IMG/VR virus record: IMGVR_UViG_3300050498_000431
Location: 1 to 62,798 of that record
Direction: 5' to 3' (one strand)
DNA from: a virus
Lineage: Duplodnaviria > Caudoviricetes
Length of the DNA stretch: 62,798 bases
Shown: piece after piece, positions 1 through 9,709 of the stretch
How the letters are laid out: each line of letters starts with the position of its first letter
Position numbering within the stretch: position 1 is the first letter of the stretch
Position numbers and translations under genes: made by a program
The notes under the pieces: model-generated
The model's input: only the letters and a program-made list of their open reading frames with translations
Told to the model about the DNA's origin: nothing
The model's database searches: none

Positions 1-276
1 CCACCCGTGGAGACGCAGGTTCCAAGTCAACAGCCGGTGACCGTCCAGATTCCCGTCCCCCAGACCACCGCGCCGGTCATCCCGGTCAACCCCAAGGTCG
101 TGCCGAAACAGCCGCATGCGCCAGGGACGGTGGCCCTGCCCGCACAGCCGCAGGTGGCGAAGGTCCCCTGGGCCAGCACGCCCCCCCCGTCGACGACCAT
201 GATGGCGAGTGGTCCGCCGACCACGGTGCGCACCGAGCAACCGACGCCGACGCCTCCCGGCACACGCTGTCCGTGA
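1..276 (+). CDS. 3' end of a Pro/Thr/Val-rich protein (truncated by window start)
   Basis: Frame open from base 1 (PPVETQVPSQQP...) to TGA at 274-276; low-complexity, linker-like composition. Confidence 0.5.
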   Translation, partial: PPVETQVPSQQPVTVQIPVPQTTAPVIPVNPKVVPKQPHAPGTVALPAQPQVAKVPWASTPPPSTTMMASGPPTTVRTEQPTPTPPGTRCP

Positions 277-437
277 GGGAGGGGTAACGCGCCATGAGAC
301 TGTACCAGGACTGTCCTGGTACGGGGACGTCTGAAGGCACACGACTTCGTGCCTTCAGACCACAGGAGGGGAGCCGGGTAGCCGCCGCGCTCCCCTCATA
401 CCGGCGCTGGCCTCCGTGCCAGCCCAAAGGAGTAGGT

Positions 438-596
438 ATGAAAGTGCAGACCAACCTGAAGGCCGGGATCTCGGCCTCGTATTCCCAAACAACCTCGGTC
501 TCGTATTCCCAGAGCTTAAGTGGACCGGGAAGCCTCTCGCAGACGATCGAGCTGTCCCAAAGCAATAGCGTTAGCTCGTCCTCGTCCTGCGGGTAG
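438..596 (+). CDS. 52-aa Ser-rich small peptide with MKVQTNLKAG leader-like N-terminus
   Basis: AAGGAG RBS at 427-432, ATG at 438, TAG at 594-596, followed by a GC hairpin. Confidence 0.65.
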   Translation: MKVQTNLKAGISASYSQTTSVSYSQSLSGPGSLSQTIELSQSNSVSSSSSCG

Positions 597-609
597 CGCT
601 CGATGACTG

Positions 610-635
610 GGCGGGAGGGTGCACGCCCTCCCGCC
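610..635. terminator. GC-rich hairpin between convergent genes
   Basis: GGCGGGAGGGT-GCAC-GCCCTCCCGCC 11-bp stem; no clear U-tract. Confidence 0.45.
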
Positions 636-795
636 TCCCCTCCTAAGCAAGGAGCCCCCACGCGTGCCCCCTGATCCGCGTCTCGATCCGACCGACCTGG
701 GTCCCAGTGGTGCCGGGTGTGTCCTCGGCCTGGCATTGACGGCGCTCGGCATGGCGCTGGGGACCGTGCTCTGGTGGCTCCTAGGGTAGGCAGGC

Positions 796-954
796 TTAGC
801 GATGACCCATCAGCAGCCACACAACGAGGATAACTAAGAGCACGCCCACGATGCCCGATGGCCCCCATCCGTAGCTGTGATACCCCCAGTTTGGCAGACC
901 GCCGAGCAGAACCACCAGCAATATGACGATAAGCACGAGGAAGAGCGGGGACAT
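796..954 (-). CDS. DUF3309-like small membrane protein (52 aa, below the ORF-track cutoff)
   Basis: Hand translation MSPLFLVLIVILLVVLLGGLPNWGYHSYGWGPSGIVGVLLVILVVWLLMGHR; AGGAGG RBS; GGLP-x-W...GxGPSG signature between two hydrophobic helices. Confidence 0.75.
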   Translation of the reverse strand: MSPLFLVLIVILLVVLLGGLPNWGYHSYGWGPSGIVGVLLVILVVWLLMGHR

Positions 955-963
955 AAGGACCTC

Positions 964-1182
964 CTAGGGGCCGAGCATGCGCTCTAACTCCGTGCACTCA
1001 TAGAGCGTGGCCCCGCCCGTCACGGTGACCACGCGCACGTAGACAAATGGCCACGGGAAGCCAGCCGACCACACACAACTTCGGATCTGGCGGTCATTGA
1101 GGGCGACACTGACCTCGTCCAGGTGCCGAAAACACCCCGGACAGAGCAGGCAGCACAGCAGCAGCACGCCCCAGCGTGTCAT
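964..1182 (-). CDS. small putative lipoprotein or exported protein
   Basis: MTRWGVLLLCCLLCPGC lipobox-like N-terminus; TGATG overlap with the GH9 stop codon. Confidence 0.6.
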   Translation of the reverse strand: MTRWGVLLLCCLLCPGCFRHLDEVSVALNDRQIRSCVWSAGFPWPFVYVRVVTVTGGATLYECTELERMLGP

Positions 1183-3044
1183 CAGGGGTTCGCTACAAAG
1201 TGTGCTAGTAAATGAACTAGGGCGGCTTGATAGGCTATGCTGGGTTCTGTAAACTCCCACATCTTCTGCGGAGTGCCTGTGTTGCCATCAACGTATGCCT
1301 TGAGTATCGGTTGGCCAACCGGCGGCGTGGGCAATCCCGTACCCGTAAACACCGGGTTAACGCCCCCGGTAAGAAAGCCGGGCATGGGTCCTTTCGTCGA
1401 GGTCAGCGCATTATCCCACTCCGTTCCGTTATCTGCCCAGGCGTGCGCCATTTCATTTGCGCTCCGCGTCGCCCCATAGGCATTCATATTCGTGAGGAAG
1501 ACCAGCCCCAGGGGATTCACCCCGAGCAGATAGTGGAGATATCCCGCCGCCGCATACCGATAGTTCGTGGCATTGGCGCTGTCGAGGTTGTAGCGCACCT
1601 GATCGAGAAAAAGCAGCCCGATATGGGCCTTATTGCGGTTGACGCCCCAGACATAGTCGGCATCCTTGAGATACGCCCGGTAGGCATCCGTCGCACTGGT
1701 CACCGCCCCGTAAAACTCACTCCCCCCAATCCCGGACGTCTTACTATTCTGGATCGCGGTTTTGACAGCCGGTGTCGCACCCGCCAGAGCACTATAGTAG
1801 AGCACGGCTTGTTGCCCATACACATCAGGCGGGAAGCTGTACCAGTACGTATTGCCAATCGCCGTGAGCGTCGTGTAATTCGCCTCAAAGTACGTCTTAT
1901 AGGCCGCCGTATTCGTCCGGGCATAGAGATACGCGGCGGCTTGGATCTGACAGAGCGCCCGGCCATACGTGCTGGGTTCTGGATTCGCGGACCCAAAGCC
2001 GGTATTGGTATAGCCCACGGCGTTGTTGGCTTGTGCCCAGGTCCAGGCACTCTCCGCCGCGGTGGTGAGGGTGGTGGCGTAGCTCGCTTGCCCGGCTGCA
2101 GCAAACGCGAGAGCCCCCAGGGCAAAGACCGACGCCGTACAGGCGGTGCTGGCCGTTGAGGCGGCCCCCCAGTAATGGGCATTCGTATCGGCGCTCGGTG
2201 GAGATGTTGCTTGTGTCCCCGTGACCGCGACCTTTGACAGGACACTGTTGTTCCCCGTGGCGGTCTGCATGCGCAGCAGCCAGTCGAGCTCCCACTTCGC
2301 CTCGTCGAGCAGATCGGGGATACCGTTGCCCGACTCAGGGATATTCAGGTCATCGGTCCAGATTGAGGGATACTGAAGATAGGCGAGCAGCAGATCGGTG
2401 AGGGCATACGTGGCCCAGACCGTGTATTTATTATAATCACCCGCATCAAACCAGCCGCCGCGCACGTCTTTGGCGGTCCCCGCGTTGCCCTGATCCACAA
2501 TACTGCGGGCCGCCGTATCTTGGCCGGTCCCCAAAAACGCCGCCCCATCCGCCCACTTGGCATCCGTAAAGGGCGCCGCCTTCGCAAAGCCACTTCGTTG
2601 GTAGTAAAACATGCGCAGGGCGTGCCGGAGCACCATGGTATAGGCGGTATCACTCACCACAAAAAAGTCGCTGCGGGCATTCAGGGCGGGATCAAAGAGA
2701 TAATAGGTGCCAGGCGTCGTCAATGCCGAGAAATCCACCCACCAGACCTTATCGCCGCTCTGCGTATGGGTTGCCCCGCCGTTCCAGGCCGTCGGGGTGA
2801 CCGTGGTCATGACCGCCGTATCGCTCCGCCGCCGCACCTCCAGACTGGCGGACGGCGTGTAATTGGTTGCAGCATCAAAGCCCGTTTGCGGATCACGGGC
2901 GACGGCGATTTTGCGAGCGCTCGTCGTATAGCCAAACTGATTCAGGACCACCGGGAACAGGGTCGTGGGAGGCTCGGGAAGACACGCTGCCACCACCACG
3001 TGCGGCACGCACAGCCACAGGACAAGCAGCCACCACAGGCGCAT
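1182..3044 (-). CDS. glycoside hydrolase family 9 (endoglucanase-like) with N-terminal Ig-like domain and signal peptide
   Basis: GGWFDAGDYNKY catalytic motif, NQFGY Ig-domain start, HYLLGVNPLG and C-terminal WEFTEPSIAYQAAL; hydrophobic N-terminus. Confidence 0.88.
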   Translation of the reverse strand: MRLWWLLVLWLCVPHVVVAACLPEPPTTLFPVVLNQFGYTTSARKIAVARDPQTGFDAATNYTPSASLEVRRRSDTAVMTTVTPTAWNGGATHTQSGDKVWWVDFSALTTPGTYYLFDPALNARSDFFVVSDTAYTMVLRHALRMFYYQRSGFAKAAPFTDAKWADGAAFLGTGQDTAARSIVDQGNAGTAKDVRGGWFDAGDYNKYTVWATYALTDLLLAYLQYPSIWTDDLNIPESGNGIPDLLDEAKWELDWLLRMQTATGNNSVLSKVAVTGTQATSPPSADTNAHYWGAASTASTACTASVFALGALAFAAAGQASYATTLTTAAESAWTWAQANNAVGYTNTGFGSANPEPSTYGRALCQIQAAAYLYARTNTAAYKTYFEANYTTLTAIGNTYWYSFPPDVYGQQAVLYYSALAGATPAVKTAIQNSKTSGIGGSEFYGAVTSATDAYRAYLKDADYVWGVNRNKAHIGLLFLDQVRYNLDSANATNYRYAAAGYLHYLLGVNPLGLVFLTNMNAYGATRSANEMAHAWADNGTEWDNALTSTKGPMPGFLTGGVNPVFTGTGLPTPPVGQPILKAYVDGNTGTPQKMWEFTEPSIAYQAALVHLLAHFVANP

Positions 3045-3056
3045 AGGACACTCCCT

Positions 3057-6000
3057 TTAAAAATACCACCCGGCCTGCCCCAGGTTCTGCTCGCGCACCG
3101 TCACCGCTGGCCCTTGCGGGACCACGGGCGTGGCTTTGAGGAAGAGCACGGCATCCTGGGGAGGGGTCATCGGGGTCGTGAAGGTCTGCGCGCCCGCACT
3201 GGCCACGGTGAGCGGGGCGGCCGTCATCGTCGTGCGCGCCGTCGGATCAAACCACTCGACCGCATACTGTCCGGCCAGGAGGTTCACGGTAAACGAGCCC
3301 GCCGCCGGCTGATAGACCAGATATTCTTCGCCCGGCCAGACGAGGGCATAGCCGGTGGAGGTCAGCTCGGGATGGGGGACCGCCTGGCCCAGATGGAGCT
3401 TGGTGGCATAGGTCCGCGTATCGCCCATGCGAATCCGTGCTTCATACGTGAGGGTGGCGCCCGTCGTATCGGACGGGTTATCGGGCTCGGTATGATCCGG
3501 GAAAAAGGCGTTGCCCTCTAAGAGGGTGGGATTCCCCCCCCGCATGAGCATCTGCCAGACCCACGGATAGCCGCAGTGATAGGGCAAAATATGGTCACTA
3601 TCGGGCATGCTCACCTTCTGCCCGGCGTAATCTGGCAGGATCGTACAGACCCCCGTATTACTTTGGGAAAAACCAATTTGCACAAAGTCGGCATGCGAGC
3701 CAAGCAGAAAGCTCACGACGGCGGGATTGGCGGCATACGAGGACCCCGTGGCCCGAAAATCGCTAATACTCACCATACGCCGAGGGGTGAAACACTGGAC
3801 CTGTTGCTCGTCATTAATGACATCCACGATGCGGTTGGCAAAAAACCCCACCGTACCCCCGTCCAGCGCCTGCGTTTCGAGCTCGTTCCCCACTTCATAG
3901 AGGACATTGGGCGCATTGCCGACGGCGCGGACCAGGTCCCGCGTGTACGCTTCGTTGAAGGCGAGATTGTCAAAGGGCGCCGAGGTGGTCAGGGGCAAGA
4001 TGTTCACCCCGACGTAGATGCCCAGATCCGCCGCCTGGGTCACCCGGGACGCGAGGATCGTAAAGTAGTTGGTACTCTGGGCGGAGCCATCATAGTCCTG
4101 GCTCGGCACCCGGATATAGTTGTGGTTGTTGGCCACGACATAGTTGAGATAGTCGGTGACCTCCGCGTCCGGCATCGTCGAGGCAAAGTTCCAGGAATAG
4201 GCGCCGGTCAGATAGACAATGTCCCCGGACTGATTCTCAAAATAGCGGGGATTCGTCGTGGACACCCGTAAGGGCGTGGGGGCTGGAGCTCCCCCCTCGT
4301 TCCGCTCCCAGGCGCCCACGTCTTGGGCGCCCTGGCGGCGCGGTTGGCCGCCGTAATCGGTGAGGATACTGGGGATCGCGTCGCCGGTATTAATCCCTGG
4401 CGAGCCATTGCCTAGGTGCAAATTGGTCGGCGCGGCCACAAAGAGGGGATCGCCGCCGAGGGCACAGGCCGCGCTCGTGGCGGCACAGAGATTCTTGGCC
4501 ACCGTCGCCCCGCAGTTATTAACAATATTGCCCCCGGTATTACCGTACACAATATTGTTACGAAAGTCGCTGCTGGATGCCCCCGTATCACACTGGAGCC
4601 CGGCCCCCGTATTGCCGTAGATGGTGCTATTATAGACCCGCGTGCCGCTCACGCCCGTGTGGACCCACACCCCCCGGCCGCCATTGGAGTGCACGAGCAG
4701 ATTTTGCAAGAGCGCGCCCGTCCCGGCATTCATATCGATCCCAGCGCCGCTGTTATTGCGGATTTCGGTTTCGCGGATGGTAATATTGGTTTTCGTGCCA
4801 CTGGCCGAGATGCTCAGGCCCGCGCCGCCAGCACTGACCAGGTGGCACTGCTGACACAGAAAGCCATCAACGTCCGCCACAAGCGCCAGCGCATCGGACT
4901 GCACGTGATGGATAAAGACGCGGGTGACCTCGATCTGATCGGCCCCGTCCACATAGAGCCCCTCAAACTGGCCCGTGGTGGTGCCCTTGATCTCCAGGCG
5001 ATCCAAGACAATATGATGGGCACTCGCCGTGAGGGCGACGACGTTGGAGGTCCGATTGGCCCCGTCGACGACCACGTTGGTAATCGTGACATAGCTCACG
5101 TCAGAGTTGAGCCACAGCGTCACGCTGCCCCCCGGCGGCGACTGCAGCACTGGGGGGGTCGTGCCATAGCCTTCGATGCGCGTATTGGTACTCATGCTCG
5201 GGCCGACGCCACCCGTAATCGGTTGCCGCAGCGTCTGCCATTCCTCGACATAGACCGCGCCGTTGCCCTCGACGTACATGACTTTCCCCGGCACGGTGAG
5301 ACACGCCAGCCCGCCAGCCCAGGTCTTTTTGGCGGTGGTCGGCGCCTCGGCGGCCACGCAACTGTTGCTGTCGTCGCCCACAACCCCCCGCACGTAGATC
5401 GGGTTCCCCGTGGCGGGGGTGGTACCACCCCCGCCGCCTTCGACAAACTCCAGCGCGCCCTGATCGTAGGCAATGCCTTGGGGGCGGGCCTTCTTGTCAA
5501 AGTCGGTGGGGACTGTGGGGAGCGGAAACCCCTGATTGCGCGCGGGGCTGGTGGCGAGCAGGTGGAAATTCCCCGCGCTGGCGTTCTCGAATTGAGGATT
5601 CGTCCCAATAAGGTTGTCATGGACAACTTTACCTGGGGGGTTGTAATCGGAGAAGTCCCCCGCCGTATTGTTATAGAGGATATTGTTAATGGCCTCGACA
5701 TTATCAGCTTGGGGGAACAGGACAAGTCCTGCGTTATCGGTACTGCCATAAATGGTATTGTTGTAGACTTTACAGTTCTTACAGCTATCCGTAATGTCAA
5801 TTCCACCAAAACTCCCGTAGATAATGTTGTTTTGGGCCACATTATTGCTGCCACTGGCCAAGACCATAGCTGAATACTGGGTGTAGTATCCTACACTGAA
5901 ATTCCATGAGTGATACCCAGCATTATAAATGCTATTCCCGTCAACCAGATTGTTGGACACAATGGTGGAATTGCTATCAAAGATGTGGAAGGCATAGCCA

Positions 6001-7766
6001 CCAATATTCCTGAAGATATTGTTCTTAAAGATGGAATTGTTGCCAGAGAAATAAAATCCATAGGTGGCAATGTCATGGATGTAACTGTCAAGAAACTGTA
6101 AGTCTGTGACCGCACCATTGGCCCCATGTAGCGGGGAGTTCATCATTTCCACCTGGCTAAAACGGATATGGCTTGGCCCGTTGTTAAGGAACATTGCCAC
6201 CCTATCCCCTTCAAAGGGGAGAGCTCCACCATCAAAGACAAGTCGTTCAAAAATCATCCAGCTGGCATCGGCGGCCATTTCAAGGGGACTTGAGTCTGAG
6301 GGTCGAATGGTAGCCGTCTCGCCGGGGTAACTGGCAATAATCGTTGCTGTCGCCCAGGACCCCCCACCACTGGGAGGCCAGGTGCCAATCACATAAGAAA
6401 TCCTGGTGGTATAGGTGCCTTGCCTCAAGAGGAGTTTATCACCAGAGGCGAGACGGGCAATGCCTCCTGCCAAGGAACACGGGGAGGCTTCGGAACACGG
6501 CGACGTACTACTGGAGGTCGGCGAGGAATAATAGACATTGCCGCTGCCTGGGGGTGTAGGGTCAGGAGGAGTGCCCCCGCCGCCTTGCACAAACTCCAAC
6601 GCGCCGATGTCATACGCCCCGCCTGCGGGCATAGGCCGGGCCTTTTTGTCAAAATCGTTCGTAACACCGGGCACCGGGACGCCCGCATCAATCGCCGGAG
6701 AGCCAGGGAGGAGATTGAAGACTCCGGCGGCGGCATTCTCGAATTTGGGGTCGGTTCCATCGGTCAAATTGTGGTGGAACACCAGCCCGGGCGGGTGCCA
6801 ATCTTCCACATTCAGATGGGGATTCGCATAGCTAATATTGTTGATGACCTCCATATTATCGCCCCCGTTGCCCGAACTCAGCTGAATGCCACTCCCATCG
6901 GTGCTCCCATAGACCGTATTGTTGTAGACTTTGCAATTGAGGCAGGTATCGCCCACCTGGATACCACCCCAACTCCCATAGACCAGATTGTTCTTGGCTA
7001 TATTGTTGCTCCCACTCGTCATAATGAGCGCATGGATGCCCCGGTAGTTGCCTTCGTAGTCTCGTGAGGCATGGCCCACATTGGAAATCCGGTTGCCCTC
7101 CACGACATTGTTGGAGAGCGTGGTTTGCCCAGAATCGTAGATATGGAACGCGGACCCACCGGTGTTGACGATGGTGTTGCCGCGGAACAGGGAGTCGTGG
7201 CCCGTGAAATACCAGCCATAGGTTTGCAGATCATGAATATAGCAGTCAATAAATTCCATGAACGCCCCGCTGGCCGCAAAGCCATGATGTGGGCTATTTT
7301 TGAGCTCCACCTGGTTCCAGCGGAGGTGATGGAGATTCGGTCCGGGATTCATAAACACGATGTCGTTAAAGGGGCTGTCGGGCATGCCTGAGCCATCCAA
7401 GACGAGGCGGTCAAAGATGATCCAGTTGGCGTTATTATCGATTTGCACGACGTTACTGTTGCCCGTGGGACGCAAGATTGCCGTTTCGTTCGGCGCGCTG
7501 GCCAGGACGCTGGCCGTCGCCCAGGACCCGCCGCCACTGGGGACCGCCAGGCCCTGGACATACGACAGGTAGGTGGTATAGGTCCCCCCTTTGAGCAAGA
7601 GGGTATCCCCCGAGGCCATGCGCCCCAGGCCCCCGGCCAGGGAACACGGATTGCCTTCGGAGCAGGTCGAGCCCCCCCCGGACGGGGAGGCATAGTAGGT
7701 GGCGGCATGCGCCGGGCGTGCGGCGAGGCCCCCAAGGAGCACGAGCAGCAACAGGAGGATGGGCAT
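3057..7766 (-). CDS. large exported protein: three right-handed beta-helix (pectate lyase-like) domains plus C-terminal glycoside hydrolase-like and beta-sandwich domains
   Basis: Signal peptide ending AHA; three modules each with YNNT(I/V)YG ladders and ending D-x-D...R...(Y/Q)D-x-GA-x-E; C-terminal NPRYF...YEVGNE and Y-x-VEWFDP motifs. Confidence 0.8.
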   Translation of the reverse strand: MPILLLLLVLLGGLAARPAHAATYYASPSGGGSTCSEGNPCSLAGGLGRMASGDTLLLKGGTYTTYLSYVQGLAVPSGGGSWATASVLASAPNETAILRPTGNSNVVQIDNNANWIIFDRLVLDGSGMPDSPFNDIVFMNPGPNLHHLRWNQVELKNSPHHGFAASGAFMEFIDCYIHDLQTYGWYFTGHDSLFRGNTIVNTGGSAFHIYDSGQTTLSNNVVEGNRISNVGHASRDYEGNYRGIHALIMTSGSNNIAKNNLVYGSWGGIQVGDTCLNCKVYNNTVYGSTDGSGIQLSSGNGGDNMEVINNISYANPHLNVEDWHPPGLVFHHNLTDGTDPKFENAAAGVFNLLPGSPAIDAGVPVPGVTNDFDKKARPMPAGGAYDIGALEFVQGGGGTPPDPTPPGSGNVYYSSPTSSSTSPCSEASPCSLAGGIARLASGDKLLLRQGTYTTRISYVIGTWPPSGGGSWATATIIASYPGETATIRPSDSSPLEMAADASWMIFERLVFDGGALPFEGDRVAMFLNNGPSHIRFSQVEMMNSPLHGANGAVTDLQFLDSYIHDIATYGFYFSGNNSIFKNNIFRNIGGYAFHIFDSNSTIVSNNLVDGNSIYNAGYHSWNFSVGYYTQYSAMVLASGSNNVAQNNIIYGSFGGIDITDSCKNCKVYNNTIYGSTDNAGLVLFPQADNVEAINNILYNNTAGDFSDYNPPGKVVHDNLIGTNPQFENASAGNFHLLATSPARNQGFPLPTVPTDFDKKARPQGIAYDQGALEFVEGGGGGTTPATGNPIYVRGVVGDDSNSCVAAEAPTTAKKTWAGGLACLTVPGKVMYVEGNGAVYVEEWQTLRQPITGGVGPSMSTNTRIEGYGTTPPVLQSPPGGSVTLWLNSDVSYVTITNVVVDGANRTSNVVALTASAHHIVLDRLEIKGTTTGQFEGLYVDGADQIEVTRVFIHHVQSDALALVADVDGFLCQQCHLVSAGGAGLSISASGTKTNITIRETEIRNNSGAGIDMNAGTGALLQNLLVHSNGGRGVWVHTGVSGTRVYNSTIYGNTGAGLQCDTGASSSDFRNNIVYGNTGGNIVNNCGATVAKNLCAATSAACALGGDPLFVAAPTNLHLGNGSPGINTGDAIPSILTDYGGQPRRQGAQDVGAWERNEGGAPAPTPLRVSTTNPRYFENQSGDIVYLTGAYSWNFASTMPDAEVTDYLNYVVANNHNYIRVPSQDYDGSAQSTNYFTILASRVTQAADLGIYVGVNILPLTTSAPFDNLAFNEAYTRDLVRAVGNAPNVLYEVGNELETQALDGGTVGFFANRIVDVINDEQQVQCFTPRRMVSISDFRATGSSYAANPAVVSFLLGSHADFVQIGFSQSNTGVCTILPDYAGQKVSMPDSDHILPYHCGYPWVWQMLMRGGNPTLLEGNAFFPDHTEPDNPSDTTGATLTYEARIRMGDTRTYATKLHLGQAVPHPELTSTGYALVWPGEEYLVYQPAAGSFTVNLLAGQYAVEWFDPTARTTMTAAPLTVASAGAQTFTTPMTPPQDAVLFLKATPVVPQGPAVTVREQNLGQAGWYF

Positions 7767-7775
7767 AGGGGTCTC

Positions 7776-8633
7776 CTACGGTTGTTGGCCAAAAAAGGGG
7801 AAGAAGCGAGGCGTGCGCCCGGGCGTGAGTCCGGAGGGCGCCGCCGCGACCGCGCTAGGAGCAGCAGGCAGCAGCGTGGGATAGCCCTGGCGGGCTTCGC
7901 GGCGCAGGGCACACACCTCGGCCTGTGACAGCGCACGGTCAAACAGCATCATATCGTCGAGGGTGCCACTCAGGCGCTCGCCCCCACCGGAGTCGCCGCC
8001 CAGGGACAGGACCCCCCCACTAATCGCGGTAGTGCCACCGCCAGGGGCTTGCGTAAAGTCGGTGGCACAGTCAATATACGTCGCACTTCCCTGGGCATTA
8101 CTATGCGTAAAGGTGACTTGGGTCCGGACCCCCACGGGCACACTCAACGCGCCGGTGCCATCGTAACTGGGATTCGCCACATTCGCGGAATAGAACAGGT
8201 AGAGTTTGCCGTCACTGCGGACGTGGAGAATGCGCAACCCCCCCCCATCGGAAAACCACAGCGCTTGATAGCTCCCACCCGTGGCGGTCCGCGTGACCCA
8301 CGTGACAATGGTGATCGCGGGAGGGGCAATACTCGTATCAAAGGGGATGCGCACGACATCATCGTTGCCGTCAAAGCGGAGGGTCGCCCCGGCGCCGCTG
8401 CGGTGGGGCCGGCCCCAGGTCACGCCATTCAGGAGCGCGCCATGGTTCCGCCGCACGAGGTCGTACCACGTCCCACTGCCACTCAGCCCGGGCGGCGCAT
8501 ACCACCACGACACCAGGCCCCGCGCGAGCGGCGCGCTCCGCTGCACCTGACTTTGCGCCTGGACCGTGGCGGCGGTCAGCAGCAGGCTCAGGGTAATGAT
8601 TGCAAGATGTAGGGCGTACATCGGAGTGTCCAT
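7776..8633 (-). CDS. exported LamG / concanavalin A-like lectin-fold protein
   Basis: LRFDGNDD and GTLDDMMLFDRALS LamG motifs; signal peptide ending VQA; start could be 8633 or 8621. Confidence 0.75.
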   Translation of the reverse strand: MDTPMYALHLAIITLSLLLTAATVQAQSQVQRSAPLARGLVSWWYAPPGLSGSGTWYDLVRRNHGALLNGVTWGRPHRSGAGATLRFDGNDDVVRIPFDTSIAPPAITIVTWVTRTATGGSYQALWFSDGGGLRILHVRSDGKLYLFYSANVANPSYDGTGALSVPVGVRTQVTFTHSNAQGSATYIDCATDFTQAPGGGTTAISGGVLSLGGDSGGGERLSGTLDDMMLFDRALSQAEVCALRREARQGYPTLLPAAPSAVAAAPSGLTPGRTPRFFPFFGQQP

Positions 8634-9094
8634 GGGGCGCCTTGCAGGGTCACGCCCGTGCCATCATTTTTGAGCAAGGCCTTAAAGACGCCGCGCGGGA
8701 GCTCAATATTCGGAATCATAATGCGTTGCGCGGTACTCACGGCCCGTAAGGGAAACACCAGATCGGGCACCCGGGCGGGATCCGTCCCGGCGGCGCCGTC
8801 TTCAAAGTTGGTCCCGTCCGCTTGGCGAATGAGCCACACGACCACGGCGGTATTGGCCGCGACGGCGCCACTCCACGCCCCCGTATTCAGTTCACAGTCG
8901 GCCCGGGTGTAGTTCCCACTCGTCAGCGTAATGTTCGCAGAAAGCACACTGGAGCCACTGGCAAGCCCGGTACTGGTGGTAATCCAGGTATCGATGGTGC
9001 CCCGGAGCCAGACGAAGGTGGAGGCGGCCCAAGTCGGTGGCGCCCAGAGCACAAGACTCAGGAGGAGGAGGAGAAGAACGAGACGTGTCCTCAT
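8588..9094 (-). CDS. exported beta-sandwich protein, probable paralogue of the C-terminal part of 31448-32254
   Basis: Signal peptide ending TWA; ATGA overlap with upstream gene. Confidence 0.65.
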   Translation of the reverse strand: MRTRLVLLLLLLSLVLWAPPTWAASTFVWLRGTIDTWITTSTGLASGSSVLSANITLTSGNYTRADCELNTGAWSGAVAANTAVVVWLIRQADGTNFEDGAAGTDPARVPDLVFPLRAVSTAQRIMIPNIELPRGVFKALLKNDGTGVTLQGAPWTLRCTPYILQSLP

Positions 9095-9696
9095 GGCCGT
9101 TCCCCCCCCCGCAGTGCGAACCGAATATCGTGCTGCGTCAAGACGCCTTCCCAGACGAGGAGCCCAGGGTCCGCATTGCTGCCCGCGCCCTGGGTCACAT
9201 AGATTTTTTCCGCGCGTGTGACGGCCCGCGTCGACTGCTGCTGAATATGGTTGCGGTTGTTCGTGGCATTGCCAGGGTTTTTGAAAATCGCATCCAGGGC
9301 GCTGCGCACGTTGGGCAAACTCGCATCCATAGACGGGGGGGTCCCATCAAAAAAGTCATGAAAGGTCATGAGCTCCTGCACGGTCAACGTCAGGTAGCCG
9401 TTGCCCTCAAAGATAAAGCTCGTGTTGGCCGGGGACTTCTCAAAGAGCAGGGCCTTGCGCGTCACCGCCGTCCGATACACCTGGAACGTGGGCGTCACCG
9501 GCTGGTTGTAGCGATCGGCGATCACCTGATCCCGGCCCGCCGTGATATCGGCTTGATTTTCGTTCACATCCGTCACCGTAATTTGAGTCTTGAGTTGCTG
9601 ATACTGGGCGTCCGTTAGCGTCGTGGCCGCGCCGCCCCAGGCGAGACTTGCCCACCCGAGGAGCAGCCACACAGCCAGAGCCGCACGACTATGCAT
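9091..9696 (-). CDS. exported hypothetical protein, paralogue of 32254-32769
   Basis: Signal peptide ending AWG; shared IA-x2-YNQ-x3-P-x-F-x-V-x-RTA and AEK...G-x-G...P...G-x-LT motifs. Confidence 0.7.
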   Translation of the reverse strand: MHSRAALAVWLLLGWASLAWGGAATTLTDAQYQQLKTQITVTDVNENQADITAGRDQVIADRYNQPVTPTFQVYRTAVTRKALLFEKSPANTSFIFEGNGYLTLTVQELMTFHDFFDGTPPSMDASLPNVRSALDAIFKNPGNATNNRNHIQQQSTRAVTRAEKIYVTQGAGSNADPGLLVWEGVLTQHDIRFALRGGERP

Positions 9697-9709
9697 AGTT
9701 CTTTTTCTC

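Noticed and set aside
86-997. 303-aa minus-strand ORF
   Set aside because: It overlaps better-supported small genes (796-954 and 438-596) and has no protein-like motifs.
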